Shown here piece by piece: positions 10,176 through 20,061 of a stretch of 64,000 nt of DNA. Within the stretch, counting starts at the first letter, position 1. Each line of letters opens with the position of its first letter. The translations under genes and the position numbers were made by a program. Under the pieces are notes generated by a model. That model saw only the letters and a list, made by a program, of their open reading frames with translations, made no database searches and had not been told where the DNA came from. Source of the DNA: Spirochaetia bacterium (GTDB taxonomy: Bacteria > Spirochaetota > Spirochaetia > SP-2023); assembly GCA_965225855.1 (NCBI GenBank), contig CBDDCK010000005.1, positions 1,216,001-1,280,000 of the forward strand, written 5' to 3'.

Positions 10176-11405
10176 TTGGCCTCTGAACAAAATGCAGCCC
10201 CCACAGAGCAATCTTTACAAGCACAAACCAAGCAGGATATAAAACGACTGCTAACCAGAGCGAGGTCCAATATCCAGCAATTAAAACCTTATTCTTCAGC
10301 ACGGCTGCATACTAGTGCGCAAGAATTGCAAAATAATATCCTGCTTAACGCCAACGAAAACCCCTACGCCCCACCATCTCAGTTACGCTCGTATCCGAAC
10401 AAAAGATGGGACACAGCCCAATTCAATTACTACCCCGAACCCCAGCCCCAAGAATTAATTACTGCCCTAGCAGCACTCTATGCTGTTAGGCCCCAACAAC
10501 TTATAGTTGGACGCGGCAGCGATGAGGCTATTGATTTGTTGATTCGGGCTTTTTGCGGCGAACAAGACGCGATAATCATCTGTAGCCCCACGTTCGGCAT
10601 GTACTATAGTTATGCAAATATTCAAGGTTGCCGTGTCCTCGATATACCACTGGAAATAGAGGGAATACAAAAGCCAAAACCCAATTCATGGACAAAAGCT
10701 AAGCTACTCACTGCCCATCTGCCTGTGCTGCAGATAGAGCAAGTAATAACAGCACAAGCACCCAAATTATTGTTTTTACCGAGTCCATTAGCCCCGCTTG
10801 GCTGTGAGATTCCAAATCAACAATTACAAACTATCCTAGAATTATGTGCTCAAAACGATGTATTTTTGGTAATAGATGAAGCGTATGCCGAATTTGCCCA
10901 AATACTATCCACCTCTTACCAAAGCTACATACCTATATTAAGATACTACCCTAACTTAATCGTATTACGGACTTTATCTAAAGCCTATAGCTTGGCTGGC
11001 GAACGCATCGGTAGCTTGCTAGCTGCACCCGAGTTAATCCAATTACTGCGCCCCATTCAGTCCCCTTATCCGATCCCTGCTTCGATTAGCCATTATGTTA
11101 GTCAGCTACTAAAAGATTCCCTAGCCATGAACGATATGGCCGTTTGCCTTGAACAGCTTTGCCAGCAACATGCACAGTTATTTGCCTTGCTGGAAGGCCT
11201 ACCCTATGTAAATACAATCTTTAATAGTGTTGCTAATTTTGTTATGGTACAGGTGGATTGCGCCCAATCTTTGCTAGAGCATTGTAGCAAACAGAACATC
11301 ATACTGCGCAATTTTAGCCAAAGTATAGATGGTGCTGTGCGCATCTCACTGGGCAACGCCGAACAAATGGAAAAGCTATTCCAATCTTTAAAACAATTTA
11401 CTTAA
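10176..11405 (+). CDS. hisC: Histidinol-phosphate aminotransferase
   Basis: LLNANENP, YPEPQP, GRGSDEAID, VIDEAYAEF, PLP lysine motif RTLSKAYSLAGERIG. Confidence 0.9.
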   Translation: MASEQNAAPTEQSLQAQTKQDIKRLLTRARSNIQQLKPYSSARLHTSAQELQNNILLNANENPYAPPSQLRSYPNKRWDTAQFNYYPEPQPQELITALAALYAVRPQQLIVGRGSDEAIDLLIRAFCGEQDAIIICSPTFGMYYSYANIQGCRVLDIPLEIEGIQKPKPNSWTKAKLLTAHLPVLQIEQVITAQAPKLLFLPSPLAPLGCEIPNQQLQTILELCAQNDVFLVIDEAYAEFAQILSTSYQSYIPILRYYPNLIVLRTLSKAYSLAGERIGSLLAAPELIQLLRPIQSPYPIPASISHYVSQLLKDSLAMNDMAVCLEQLCQQHAQLFALLEGLPYVNTIFNSVANFVMVQVDCAQSLLEHCSKQNIILRNFSQSIDGAVRISLGNAEQMEKLFQSLKQFT

Positions 11406-11418
11406 TTGGAGGTTAGCC

Positions 11419-13005
11419 ATGAACGACAAACAATATGCTTTATTTAGCCTTTCGGATAAGGAAGCTGCTATTGAACTGGCTATTTTTTTACAGCAACAAG
11501 GTCTAGGGCTATTGGCTACGGGTTCTACCGCCCAATTTCTGCGCCAAGCTAGGCTAAATGTGGAAAGCGTTTCTGATTTTACGGGGGCTGCGGAAATTCT
11601 CAATGGTCGAGTAAAAACCTTGCACCCCAAAATCCATGGTTCCCTTTTGTATTTGCGCACAAACCAAGAACATATTGCAGAGAAAGAGCGTAGTAAACTG
11701 CGTGATATTGCCGTTGTGGTGGTAAACCTCTACCCTTTTACCCAAACGGTAGTCGCTGCCAATAAAGAAGATAAGCGTATTATCGAAAATATAGACATTG
11801 GTGGCTCTGCTATGCTGCGTTCGGCAGCAAAAAACTACCAGAGTATTAGCGTGTTGTGCAACCCCTCTGACTACGCCGATTTTATGAACGAATGGCAAGA
11901 TAGTGGCGCTATATCGTTAGAGACTCGATGCCGTTTAGCAGCAAAAGTTTATGGCTATACTGCCCACTACGATGCGATGATTAGTGCTTGGTTTAACAAC
12001 AAAAACGGCGAGCTATTCCCCGAGAAACTGGTTATTGCGGGCGAGCGCAAGCAAATGGCCCGCTACGGCGAAAACCCCCATCAGCCAGGGGCCATTTACC
12101 AAACCAATGTGGCGGGTAATAGTTTGGTAACCCAATGCCAACAACTCCACGGTAAGGAAATGTCATACAATAATTTCTTAGATGCCGAAGCAGCCCTTAG
12201 CTTCCTGCGTTTGTTTTACCAAAAGGCGGTGATGATTATTAAACACCAGAACCCTTGTGGTTCAGCTATTGCGTGTTACAACCAAGAACCCCTGTTCAAT
12301 ATTTATGCTCGCGCTCTTGCTTGTGATACTCTTTCGGCTTTCGGCGGGATTGTTGCTGTGAATGGCAAAATTGATTTGCCTTTGGCAGAAAAACTATGCG
12401 AGACGTTTTATGAAATTATTTTAGCACCAGAATATAGTGAAAATGCCTTGCAAAAACTCCACTCAAAGAAAAATTTGCGGATACTACAGATACCAGGAAA
12501 AATAGCAGGTTTTACTCTGCCCGCATTGGATTTTCGGCCTTTGAGTGGTGGCTTTGCAATCCAAAGGTTTGATGATAGCCTAAACCCAAACAATGAAACC
12601 GAAGAATTTTCCCATTTTCAATGTGTCTCTAAGGCCCAGCCAACTGAGCATGACCTACAAGAATTATTATTTGCTTGGAAAATTGCCAGCCGTGTCAAAT
12701 CCAACGCGATTGTCTTTAGCAAAGATTTTACTGCACCGGGAATTGGTGCTGGCCAAATGAGCCGTATTGACTCGGTAAAAATTGCTGCCCAAAAAATGCA
12801 AAATATGGGGTTTTCCCTGCACAATAGCTATATGGCCTCCGATGCTTTTTTTCCATTTCGGGATACGATTGACCTTGCCGCCGAATATCGCGTGCGGGCC
12901 ATTATCCACCCCGGCGGTTCAATACGCGACCCAGAAGTAATCCAAGCTGCCGATGAACACGGCATCATCATGGTTTGTACTGGCGTGCGTCATTTTTACC
13001 ATTAA
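11419..13005 (+). CDS. purH: Bifunctional AICAR transformylase / IMP cyclohydrolase
   Basis: [52 protein letters not shown]. Confidence 0.96.
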   Translation: MNDKQYALFSLSDKEAAIELAIFLQQQGLGLLATGSTAQFLRQARLNVESVSDFTGAAEILNGRVKTLHPKIHGSLLYLRTNQEHIAEKERSKLRDIAVVVVNLYPFTQTVVAANKEDKRIIENIDIGGSAMLRSAAKNYQSISVLCNPSDYADFMNEWQDSGAISLETRCRLAAKVYGYTAHYDAMISAWFNNKNGELFPEKLVIAGERKQMARYGENPHQPGAIYQTNVAGNSLVTQCQQLHGKEMSYNNFLDAEAALSFLRLFYQKAVMIIKHQNPCGSAIACYNQEPLFNIYARALACDTLSAFGGIVAVNGKIDLPLAEKLCETFYEIILAPEYSENALQKLHSKKNLRILQIPGKIAGFTLPALDFRPLSGGFAIQRFDDSLNPNNETEEFSHFQCVSKAQPTEHDLQELLFAWKIASRVKSNAIVFSKDFTAPGIGAGQMSRIDSVKIAAQKMQNMGFSLHNSYMASDAFFPFRDTIDLAAEYRVRAIIHPGGSIRDPEVIQAADEHGIIMVCTGVRHFYH

Positions 13006-13013
13006 CTATAGAG

Positions 13014-13122
13014 ATCAACCCCAAACCCAAAAGGTAATCGCCGAACGAGTAGAGCGATTCTTTAGTCAATAAATTGCTGGAGCACCGGTCTGGTGTTGGT
13101 TCACTTTGGGTTTGGGGTTGAT
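13014..13122. repeat. 109-bp element bounded by perfect 18-bp inverted repeats (MITE-like or bidirectional terminator)
   Basis: ATCAACCCCAAACCCAAA (13014-13031) and TTTGGGTTTGGGGTTGAT (13105-13122), between convergent genes. Confidence 0.7.
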
Positions 13123-13142
13123 TCATTAAAGGTTATGCAAAG

Positions 13143-14024
13143 CTATTTAATAGCTCCAGCTACCATACCTTTGATTACATGTTTTTGCACCGTTAAGAAA
13201 AAAATGATGGCAGGGATAGCGGCCATGAGAACAGCAGTCATAATTAAATCCCATTTTTTGACGAAAGAGCCGGCAAATGCTTGAATTGCAAGAGGCACAG
13301 TTTGCAATTTTTGTCCAACCCCCAATATTAAAGCCGGAAGTAAAAAATCGTTCCATATCCACAACATGTCCAAAACTAATATGGTAATAAAAATGGGCTT
13401 TAATATTGGGACAACAATTAAGAAAAAAGTTGCTGGTTTATTGCAGCCATCAATAGTCGCGGCTTCTTCTAATTCTAGGGGTACGCTTTTCATAAAACCA
13501 TGAAACATAAACACGGCCAAAGGAGAGCCAAAACCTATGTAGGCAAAAATTATGCCGTGATAACTGCGTAGCATGGGTAGGCCGGTAACTTCCAAAATTC
13601 TGCGGTAGAATTCCACCAGCGGAAACATAACTACCTGAAAAGGTACTACTAAGCCAGCAACAAACAGTAAGAACAAAGCATGAGAAACGCGGCTTTTGCT
13701 GCGTACTAAGACCCAAGCGGCCATAGAAGAAAATAAGCAAATAGTTAATAAAGAAAGCACGGTAATAACGCTACTGGCCCAGACGCTAGAAGGGTACTTG
13801 ATAGTATTAGAATTCCATACTTTAGCGATATTCTGAAACAACTGTCCCCAATTATCTGGCAATTGGGTGGGGCCACTTAAAATTTCCAAAGAGGATTTTG
13901 AAGAGCTAATAATAACAATAAAAAACGGATACATCGCCAGCAAAAAAAATAATGTGGTTAGCATCAATAAGATTGTATTTACCCATATTTTTTTCTGTTT
14001 GGCATTCATTAGTTTACTCTCCAT
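13143..14024 (-). CDS. Carbohydrate ABC transporter permease (MalG/UgpE type)
   Basis: EAA loop VPLELEEAATIDGC, WIWNDFLLP, about 6 TM helices. Confidence 0.92.
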   Translation of the reverse strand: MESKLMNAKQKKIWVNTILLMLTTLFFLLAMYPFFIVIISSSKSSLEILSGPTQLPDNWGQLFQNIAKVWNSNTIKYPSSVWASSVITVLSLLTICLFSSMAAWVLVRSKSRVSHALFLLFVAGLVVPFQVVMFPLVEFYRRILEVTGLPMLRSYHGIIFAYIGFGSPLAVFMFHGFMKSVPLELEEAATIDGCNKPATFFLIVVPILKPIFITILVLDMLWIWNDFLLPALILGVGQKLQTVPLAIQAFAGSFVKKWDLIMTAVLMAAIPAIIFFLTVQKHVIKGMVAGAIK

Positions 14025-14057
14025 TTCCTCATTTTTTATATTGATGTTTTATTTTAA

Positions 14058-14957
14058 TTACATTTCAATTTCGCGTTTTTTGTTGATTTGCACCTGAATT
14101 AAAGAAATCAACATTAAAACCAAAAAGAATATTGCGGCTCTGGCTTGTCCTTGACCCATTTGATTATATTTAAATGCGGTATTATAAATATTTAAAGCAA
14201 GTAATTCGGTAGAGTTTAAGGTTTGGTTGTTCCATTGCATAGGCGGGCCACCGGCGGTCAAGGCAATTAAAATATCAAATTGCTTAAATGAATTTACTAA
14301 GGTTAGAAACGATGAAATCGTAAACGCTTGGGAAATTAAAGGAAATGTAACATAGCGAAATTTTTGTAGAAAATTAGCGCCATCTATATCACAGGCTTCA
14401 ACTAATTCTTGCGGTACATTGAGCAAGGCCGCAATATAAATCATCATAATATAACCTGCGTACTGCCAAGTAAATGCAGCCACGACTCCCATTATCGCAA
14501 GATAGCCATCTGCTAAAATCAGTAAATCTTCTAGGGCTTGCCATTTGAGCACGCTACCTATCTCGGGCAAAATGTTGGTGTAGATAAACTGCCAAATAAA
14601 CCCCAATACCAGACCGCCAATTAGATTCGGGATAAAAAAACCAGCACGAAAGAAATTTTGCCAAGGTAACTTTCGTGTAACCAAAATCGCCAGAACCAAA
14701 GCCACTAGATTGATGAGTACAATACTCATGAACGCAAATATAAAAGTTAGTAAAAATGAATAACTAAATTGCCAGTCCCCAAACATACTGCGATAGTTTT
14801 TAAAACCAATAAACTTTATGGCTTCTCCCGCAATTGCAGACCAGTCGGTAAGTGAGTAATAAATACCCATAAAAAATGGAATAATCATAACTACTATAAA
14901 GGCAGACAAAGAAGGCAGCAGAAAGCCCCAGAAAACCAGTTTATTTGTTTTGTCCAT
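14058..14957 (-). CDS. Carbohydrate ABC transporter permease (MalF/UgpA type)
   Basis: EAA loop VPQELVEACDIDGA, FIGFKNY. ATG at 14957 follows AGGAG. Confidence 0.92.
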   Translation of the reverse strand: MDKTNKLVFWGFLLPSLSAFIVVMIIPFFMGIYYSLTDWSAIAGEAIKFIGFKNYRSMFGDWQFSYSFLLTFIFAFMSIVLINLVALVLAILVTRKLPWQNFFRAGFFIPNLIGGLVLGFIWQFIYTNILPEIGSVLKWQALEDLLILADGYLAIMGVVAAFTWQYAGYIMMIYIAALLNVPQELVEACDIDGANFLQKFRYVTFPLISQAFTISSFLTLVNSFKQFDILIALTAGGPPMQWNNQTLNSTELLALNIYNTAFKYNQMGQGQARAAIFFLVLMLISLIQVQINKKREIEM

Positions 14958-15264
14958 TATAGACTCCTTAATTGGGGTTTTAGCTTGATTAAGGTTATTT
15001 ATTAGCCCCAAAGTATAACCCAATATACCAAAGCTGTAAATCTATTATTTTATAGATTCCCATTAATAGCGAGCTAAGCGGAAAACGCGCCGTACAGTAA
15101 ATCAAAAAAATTTAGTGAACATCGGTAAAAAGCAGGATTAAAAAGTGGAAACTTGTTCAATAAACCCTTACCGCTTTCAGTCGTTCCCCCAACCAACAAC
15201 CCAAAGCAACAAACCCGATCGACACTGTATGGCCAAAGTTGTTTGCGCAAAGCGCTTTCGGTAT

Positions 15265-15604
15265 ATACGGGAAGAGCCCCAGCTAAATACGGGAAGAGCC
15301 CCAGCTAAATACGGGAAGAGCCCCAGCTAAATACGGAGAGAGCCCCAGCTAAATACGGAGAGAGCCCCAGCTAAATACGGAGAGAGCCCCAGCTAAATAC
15401 GGAGAGAGCCCCAGCTAAATACGGAGAGAGCCCCAGCTAAATACGGGAAGAGCCCCAGCTAAATACGGGAAGAGCCCCAGCTAAATACGGAGAGAGCCCC
15501 AGCTAAATACGGAGAGAGCCCCAGCTAAATACGGGAAGAGCCCCAGCTAAATACGGGAAGAGCCCCAGCTAAATACGGAGAGAGCCCCAGCTAAATACGG
15601 GAAG
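15265..15604. repeat. Intergenic tandem array of a 22-bp unit (15 full copies plus a partial copy)
   Basis: ATACGG(GA/AG)AGAGCCCCAGCTAA at an exact 22-bp period, with no spacers. Confidence 0.97.
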
Positions 15605-15931
15605 CCAATATAGCCAAAGCTATTGATCATTGCATGGAAACAACCAAAGGCTGAAACAGCCAAAGGCCCTTAAGCCTTTTGATTGCAACACCCTCAAGCC
15701 TTTTGATTGGCATTGATTTTGAACCACCTTACAACACAAAACAACACTAACACACAAAAAAAGTGCCAACACTAAACAACACTAAACAACACTAAACATA
15801 AAAAAACTTGTAAAAAAGCTTATATGGGCCTTGACGCAACACCCCCCTAGCAAAATGGGGATTTACAGACTAGCCCGTATGGGTTGGCTAATCTTTATCC
15901 CTTGTTGGATCCCTTTTTGGAGGTATTGCTT

Positions 15932-17884
15932 ATGAATAAGCACAAACTATTTTTATTGCCTGTAGCACTGCTACTGGCCTTTATGGCCTTGGCCTGCGCC
16001 CCACCCGATGACGATGATGGGCCATCTTCTGGGCCGACTATCAATAACGCCATCTACGACTTTGCTACGGCACTGTTAACCGTACAAGGCACTAACTTAA
16101 GTCCTACAGAAGCGCAAATCCAAACCATCGTGGTAGATGGCCTAGCCTTCAGTTCCTATTCTGCAGATGCTAAACCCACTGGGCCAGATAGTAGCGGTCT
16201 TGCAGAAGGTAAGTACCGCCTGAAAACCGATGGCACAGAGCTTTGGCTTAGACTTACCGATGACGATAAAACTACTCTTGAGTCCAAGGTGGGTAGCAAT
16301 GGTCTAAAAAAAGGGTTGCTTACTAGCACTGGTAGTTGGGCGGGTTTAGATACAGCCAAAGACTTAACCTATATACCCGATAAGCCATCTAAGCAAGCCG
16401 AACAAACCGAACAAGCTGAAGAAGAGTCGCCTAAGCAAGCTGAACAAGCCGAACAGCAGTCGCCTAAGCAAGCTGAACAAGCCGAACAGCAGTCGCCTAA
16501 GCAAGCTGAACAAGCCGAACAGCAGTCGCCTAAGCAAGCTGAACAAGCCGAACAGCAGTCGCCTAAGCAAGCTGAACAAGCCGAACAGCAGTCGCCTAAG
16601 CAAGCCGAACAAACCGAACAAACCGAACAAGCTGAACAAGCCGAACAAGCCGAACAAGAGTCGCCTAAGCAAGCCGAACAAACCGAACAAACCGAACAAG
16701 CTGAACAAGCCGAACAAGAGTCGCCTAAGCAAGCCGAACAAACCGAACAAACCGAACAAGCTGAACAAGCCGAACAAGCCGCAATTACCGGTGCAAGCTA
16801 CCATGTTGGCACGGCGCTGTTAACTGTACAAGGTTCTAACTTAAGTCCTACAACTGCGACCCAAGCCCAAATCCAAACTATCAGGGTAGCTGGCTTAGCC
16901 TTCAGTGCCTATAATGCAGATGGCACAGCCACTGGGGCAGATAGTCGTGGTCTTGCAAAAGGTAAGTACCGTATTAAAAGCGATGGCACAGCGATTTGGC
17001 TTTACCTTACCGATGACGATAAAGATGCTCTGAATGGCAAGACAGGTATGGATAGCAATGGTCTAAAAGATGGGTTGCTTACTAGCTCTGGTACTTGGGC
17101 GGGTTTAGATACAGCCAAAGCCTTGGCCGTTAGTGGAAACCCCGCAATTACCCGTGCAAGCTACAATTTTGCTACAGGTGTGTTAGTGATTACAGGTGTC
17201 AATTTACCAAAAGCAGTTGCAGGCTGGGACTTCACCAAATTGAGGTTTGTTGCAGGTAATGGTGAGAAGAGTCAACCATTAACACGGCACAGCCCAAAAA
17301 GAACTGACCACTTCGCCAAAGGTTCTAATGCAAGTGTAACAAGCTTAACGATTACTTTAAATGGTAGTCAAAAAGCCAAAGCCGATAATATATTGGTTAA
17401 GAATGGTGATAGTGATGATAATGGTGGATACAACCTGGAAGCAGCAGCAGGATTTGCAGGTGGTAGGGCTGAAGACACAAGCAATAACCCTATTACCGTT
17501 AGTGGGTATGTAGTCACAATCAGAGATGCATTCTACTCTGCTAATAAAGGCCGGTTAATTATTTCTGGCAATAATTTACCGACAACAGTTGAAGGCTGGG
17601 ACTTTACCAAATTGACGCTTGTATCCGGTGATGGTAGTAATAGCTACACATTACCACGGCACGCAACTGCAGGTGCAAACACAGCCACAGGTTCTAATGC
17701 AAGTAAAAACGTCTTATTTATTATTTTAAGCGGTACTGTAAAAGCCAAAGCCGATGCTATACTGGTTAAGAATGGTAAAAGTGATAATGCTGGTGCATAC
17801 AACCTTAAAGCAGCAGCAGGATTTGCAACGGGTAGCGAAGCAGACCCAACCAATGCTATTGAAGTTGCAGGAGTTGTTGAGTAG
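15932..17884 (+). CDS. Repeat-rich surface lipoprotein (adhesin-like, domain order A-linker-A-B-B)
   Basis: GGAGG then ATG at 15932; signal MNKHKLFLLPVALLLAFMALA-C; two duplicated beta-rich domain types; QAE/QTE low-complexity linker. Confidence 0.8.
   Translation: MNKHKLFLLPVALLLAFMALACAPPDDDDGPSSGPTINNAIYDFATALLTVQGTNLSPTEAQIQTIVVDGLAFSSYSADAKPTGPDSSGLAEGKYRLKTDGTELWLRLTDDDKTTLESKVGSNGLKKGLLTSTGSWAGLDTAKDLTYIPDKPSKQAEQTEQAEEESPKQAEQAEQQSPKQAEQAEQQSPKQAEQAEQQSPKQAEQAEQQSPKQAEQAEQQSPKQAEQTEQTEQAEQAEQAEQESPKQAEQTEQTEQAEQAEQESPKQAEQTEQTEQAEQAEQAAITGASYHVGTALLTVQGSNLSPTTATQAQIQTIRVAGLAFSAYNADGTATGADSRGLAKGKYRIKSDGTAIWLYLTDDDKDALNGKTGMDSNGLKDGLLTSSGTWAGLDTAKALAVSGNPAITRASYNFATGVLVITGVNLPKAVAGWDFTKLRFVAGNGEKSQPLTRHSPKRTDHFAKGSNASVTSLTITLNGSQKAKADNILVKNGDSDDNGGYNLEAAAGFAGGRAEDTSNNPITVSGYVVTIRDAFYSANKGRLIISGNNLPTTVEGWDFTKLTLVSGDGSNSYTLPRHATAGANTATGSNASKNVLFIILSGTVKAKADAILVKNGKSDNAGAYNLKAAAGFATGSEADPTNAIEVAGVVE
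16388..16780 (+). repeat. In-frame coding tandem repeats (33-bp SPKQAEQAEQQ units built from 9-bp QAE/QTE subunits)
   Basis: Repeated TCGCCTAAGCAAGCTGAACAAGCCGAACAGCAG and CAA(G/A)C(C/T)GAA. Confidence 0.95.
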
Positions 17885-17888
17885 GATG

Positions 17889-17929
17889 TTGTTTCAGCCT
17901 TGGTAAGTTTTTTATCAAGGCTGGAACAA
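17889..17929 (+). terminator. Long stem-loop after the lipoprotein gene
   Basis: TTGTTTCAGCCTTGGTAA...TTATCAAGGCTGGAACAA inverted repeat with G-U pairs. Confidence 0.65.
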
Positions 17930-18248
17930 CCAAGCTAAAAAGAACAAAAAGTTTGGAAGCCGAATTACAGGCTTTAGACGGCTAAGAGTTTAGATAGTTG
18001 TCCAGATTTGATAGTCTGGGTAACTTATCTAAAAAGTAAGTAAATTTGCACGCAAGTCGTTTCATTTTCGTGCACCGTTACACTTTCCATAAAAATATTA
18101 TCGAAGATTGAATATAGAAGGCCTTGATGTGGAAAATCTCCACTAAAAAATCATATTTTTCAGATAAATTTCTTGCCCTACTCTCTAAGCTTACTTATTA
18201 TACTTGGGCCTTGTGCAATAAGCATAACTATAGATAAGGAGCTTTCCT

Positions 18249-18521
18249 ATGAACAAAAAAGAACTCATTGACGATATGGCCAAAAGATCGGGCCTTTCAC
18301 GCGGAAACTGTGAAAAAGCTTTAAATGCATTCCAAAACTCTGTAATAACCGCCTTAGAAAAAGATGATAACGTAACTTTAGTTGGCTTTGGCACTTTTAA
18401 AGTTTCAGAGCGCGCTTCACGACTAGGGCGTAATCCCTCAACGGGAGAGGATTTGGTAATTCCTGCTCGCAAAGTGGCAAAGTTTATTATTGGTAAAACC
18501 CTGAAAGAAATTATCAAATAA
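18249..18521 (+). CDS. hup: DNA-binding protein HU
   Basis: MNKKELID, LVGFGTFKVSERASRLGRNPSTGE; 90 aa. Confidence 0.95.
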   Translation: MNKKELIDDMAKRSGLSRGNCEKALNAFQNSVITALEKDDNVTLVGFGTFKVSERASRLGRNPSTGEDLVIPARKVAKFIIGKTLKEIIK

Positions 18522-18622
18522 GAGCCCTGTAAAATTAGAGAAAATTTTTGGTGTATAAGCTTCGGCCAAGCTATGGATTTTCTCTAACAAAATCATAACC
18601 TGTAACATCGCAATTATCGCAA

Positions 18623-19810
18623 TTAAGGTAGTAATTGTTGGTATTCTACCAATTCGTTGCCGGGGTTTGGAAGGAACTTATGGTTTAACAAAACCCATTC
18701 AAACGGCGATATTTCTTGTTCTTTCCCTGTACCTTCATTTTGAGAGCGATGGCGTAGATACCAGGTGCTGGCAAAATAACCAATGCTGTCAAAATTCGCT
18801 AGCCCTTTTAATGGTTGCTCAATGTATAAAGCATCATAAGTTCTACCATTGCATTGTAGCTCCTGCTTATGCACCCGATTTGGCTGACTATAAAGCCAAG
18901 GGGTTTGATCACCTTTAGTCCATTTTCCATCTTGGTCAAAACCAAGATTGTACTCTTTAGCAATGGGAAACCGCCGAATTAAGATTGGGCCTTTCTTTTC
19001 TTTAAGCTCTATCATTACAGTAAAATTATCTTGAAAGCTTGCCTGCTTTTTGTGTAAGCGAGGGATTTTCAATTTTTGAAGCTGTAATTGGGGTACGGCT
19101 GCTTGCTTTGTACTTGATTTTATGCCTTGCTTAGCTAAGTGAATTTGCAAAATTTCAATTGTCACCATGTTCCCACTGCCGCCTGTATGGCTGGTAAATA
19201 ATAATTCCTTGCGCCCATCATGATTCAAATCAACAACAGTAAAAGAGAGATCATAACCACCACTGAACCCTTCAACAGAATAGAAATAGTGGCTTTGCCA
19301 ACCATTTGGCCCTTCTATCATCAACACAAAGCTGCGCATATAAATACTCTCTGGCACAAAAGTTTTAGCCAAGATAAAAAGATTCCAACCATCTATTTCT
19401 TGCATGGGAATAATCACTCGAAAGTTTTCATTTTGAAGATGTTCTTGCGATAATTGGTTAGTTGGCACTCCGTTATAAACCAATCCAGTTGCATTGTTGT
19501 AATAACCAGCAGGGTCATCTGCATTGACAGCGTTACGAACCGCTTCACTTGCAATTCTGTTGTAATTGGTAAATTGTATATTTTGAATTGCAAGAAGCTC
19601 AAGTTGGGAAAACTCACGGGTATTCTCCCAAGAATAATATGTTAATGTTTCGGGCTCTTGGAAGCTTATATCTTGGCTATTGCTTGCCAAACAAGAAGAA
19701 ATATCGGCTATGTTCTTGGTTTGGCAACCCCAATAAATAAACAATAACAACATAGACCATAAGAATAAAAAGCTCTGTTTGGCTTTATAGTCTTGTTTAT
19801 CGCATTTCAT
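18623..19810 (-). CDS. Hypothetical lipoprotein with an FG-GAP/VCBS-like motif
   Basis: Hydrophobic signal ending LLLFIYWG-C; VVDLNHDGRKELL calcium-binding-like motif. Start uncertain. Confidence 0.55.
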   Translation of the reverse strand: MKCDKQDYKAKQSFLFLWSMLLLFIYWGCQTKNIADISSCLASNSQDISFQEPETLTYYSWENTREFSQLELLAIQNIQFTNYNRIASEAVRNAVNADDPAGYYNNATGLVYNGVPTNQLSQEHLQNENFRVIIPMQEIDGWNLFILAKTFVPESIYMRSFVLMIEGPNGWQSHYFYSVEGFSGGYDLSFTVVDLNHDGRKELLFTSHTGGSGNMVTIEILQIHLAKQGIKSSTKQAAVPQLQLQKLKIPRLHKKQASFQDNFTVMIELKEKKGPILIRRFPIAKEYNLGFDQDGKWTKGDQTPWLYSQPNRVHKQELQCNGRTYDALYIEQPLKGLANFDSIGYFASTWYLRHRSQNEGTGKEQEISPFEWVLLNHKFLPNPGNELVEYQQLLP

Positions 19811-20061
19811 GATAACCCCTTTGTAGTAGTAAGCTTGTATCAAATTCCTATTCATACTATAACTATAATATCCAATCCTTAGCTCCTTGTAAACAAATCG
19901 CTTCTCTTTATGCAGCGTTACTATAATTGCCAGCCATGTAGAATGAATATTTTGTGAACGATTTATATAAGTTCTACCTTGCAAACAAACCTATTTATGG
20001 CTACCATGTGCTCAATTGGAAAAACAAAAATGCAATAACAAATAATATAGGGGCAACTGCT

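Noticed and set aside
15145..15330. 61-aa ORF entering the 22-bp array
   Set aside because: No RBS, and the 22-bp period breaks the frame and produces stops, so the array is non-coding.
15265..15604. CRISPR array
   Set aside because: Units are head-to-tail with no unique spacers, and no cas genes are in the window.
16364..16804. 146-aa Leu/Phe-rich minus-strand ORF
   Set aside because: It is the antisense shadow of the QAE/SPK coding repeats.
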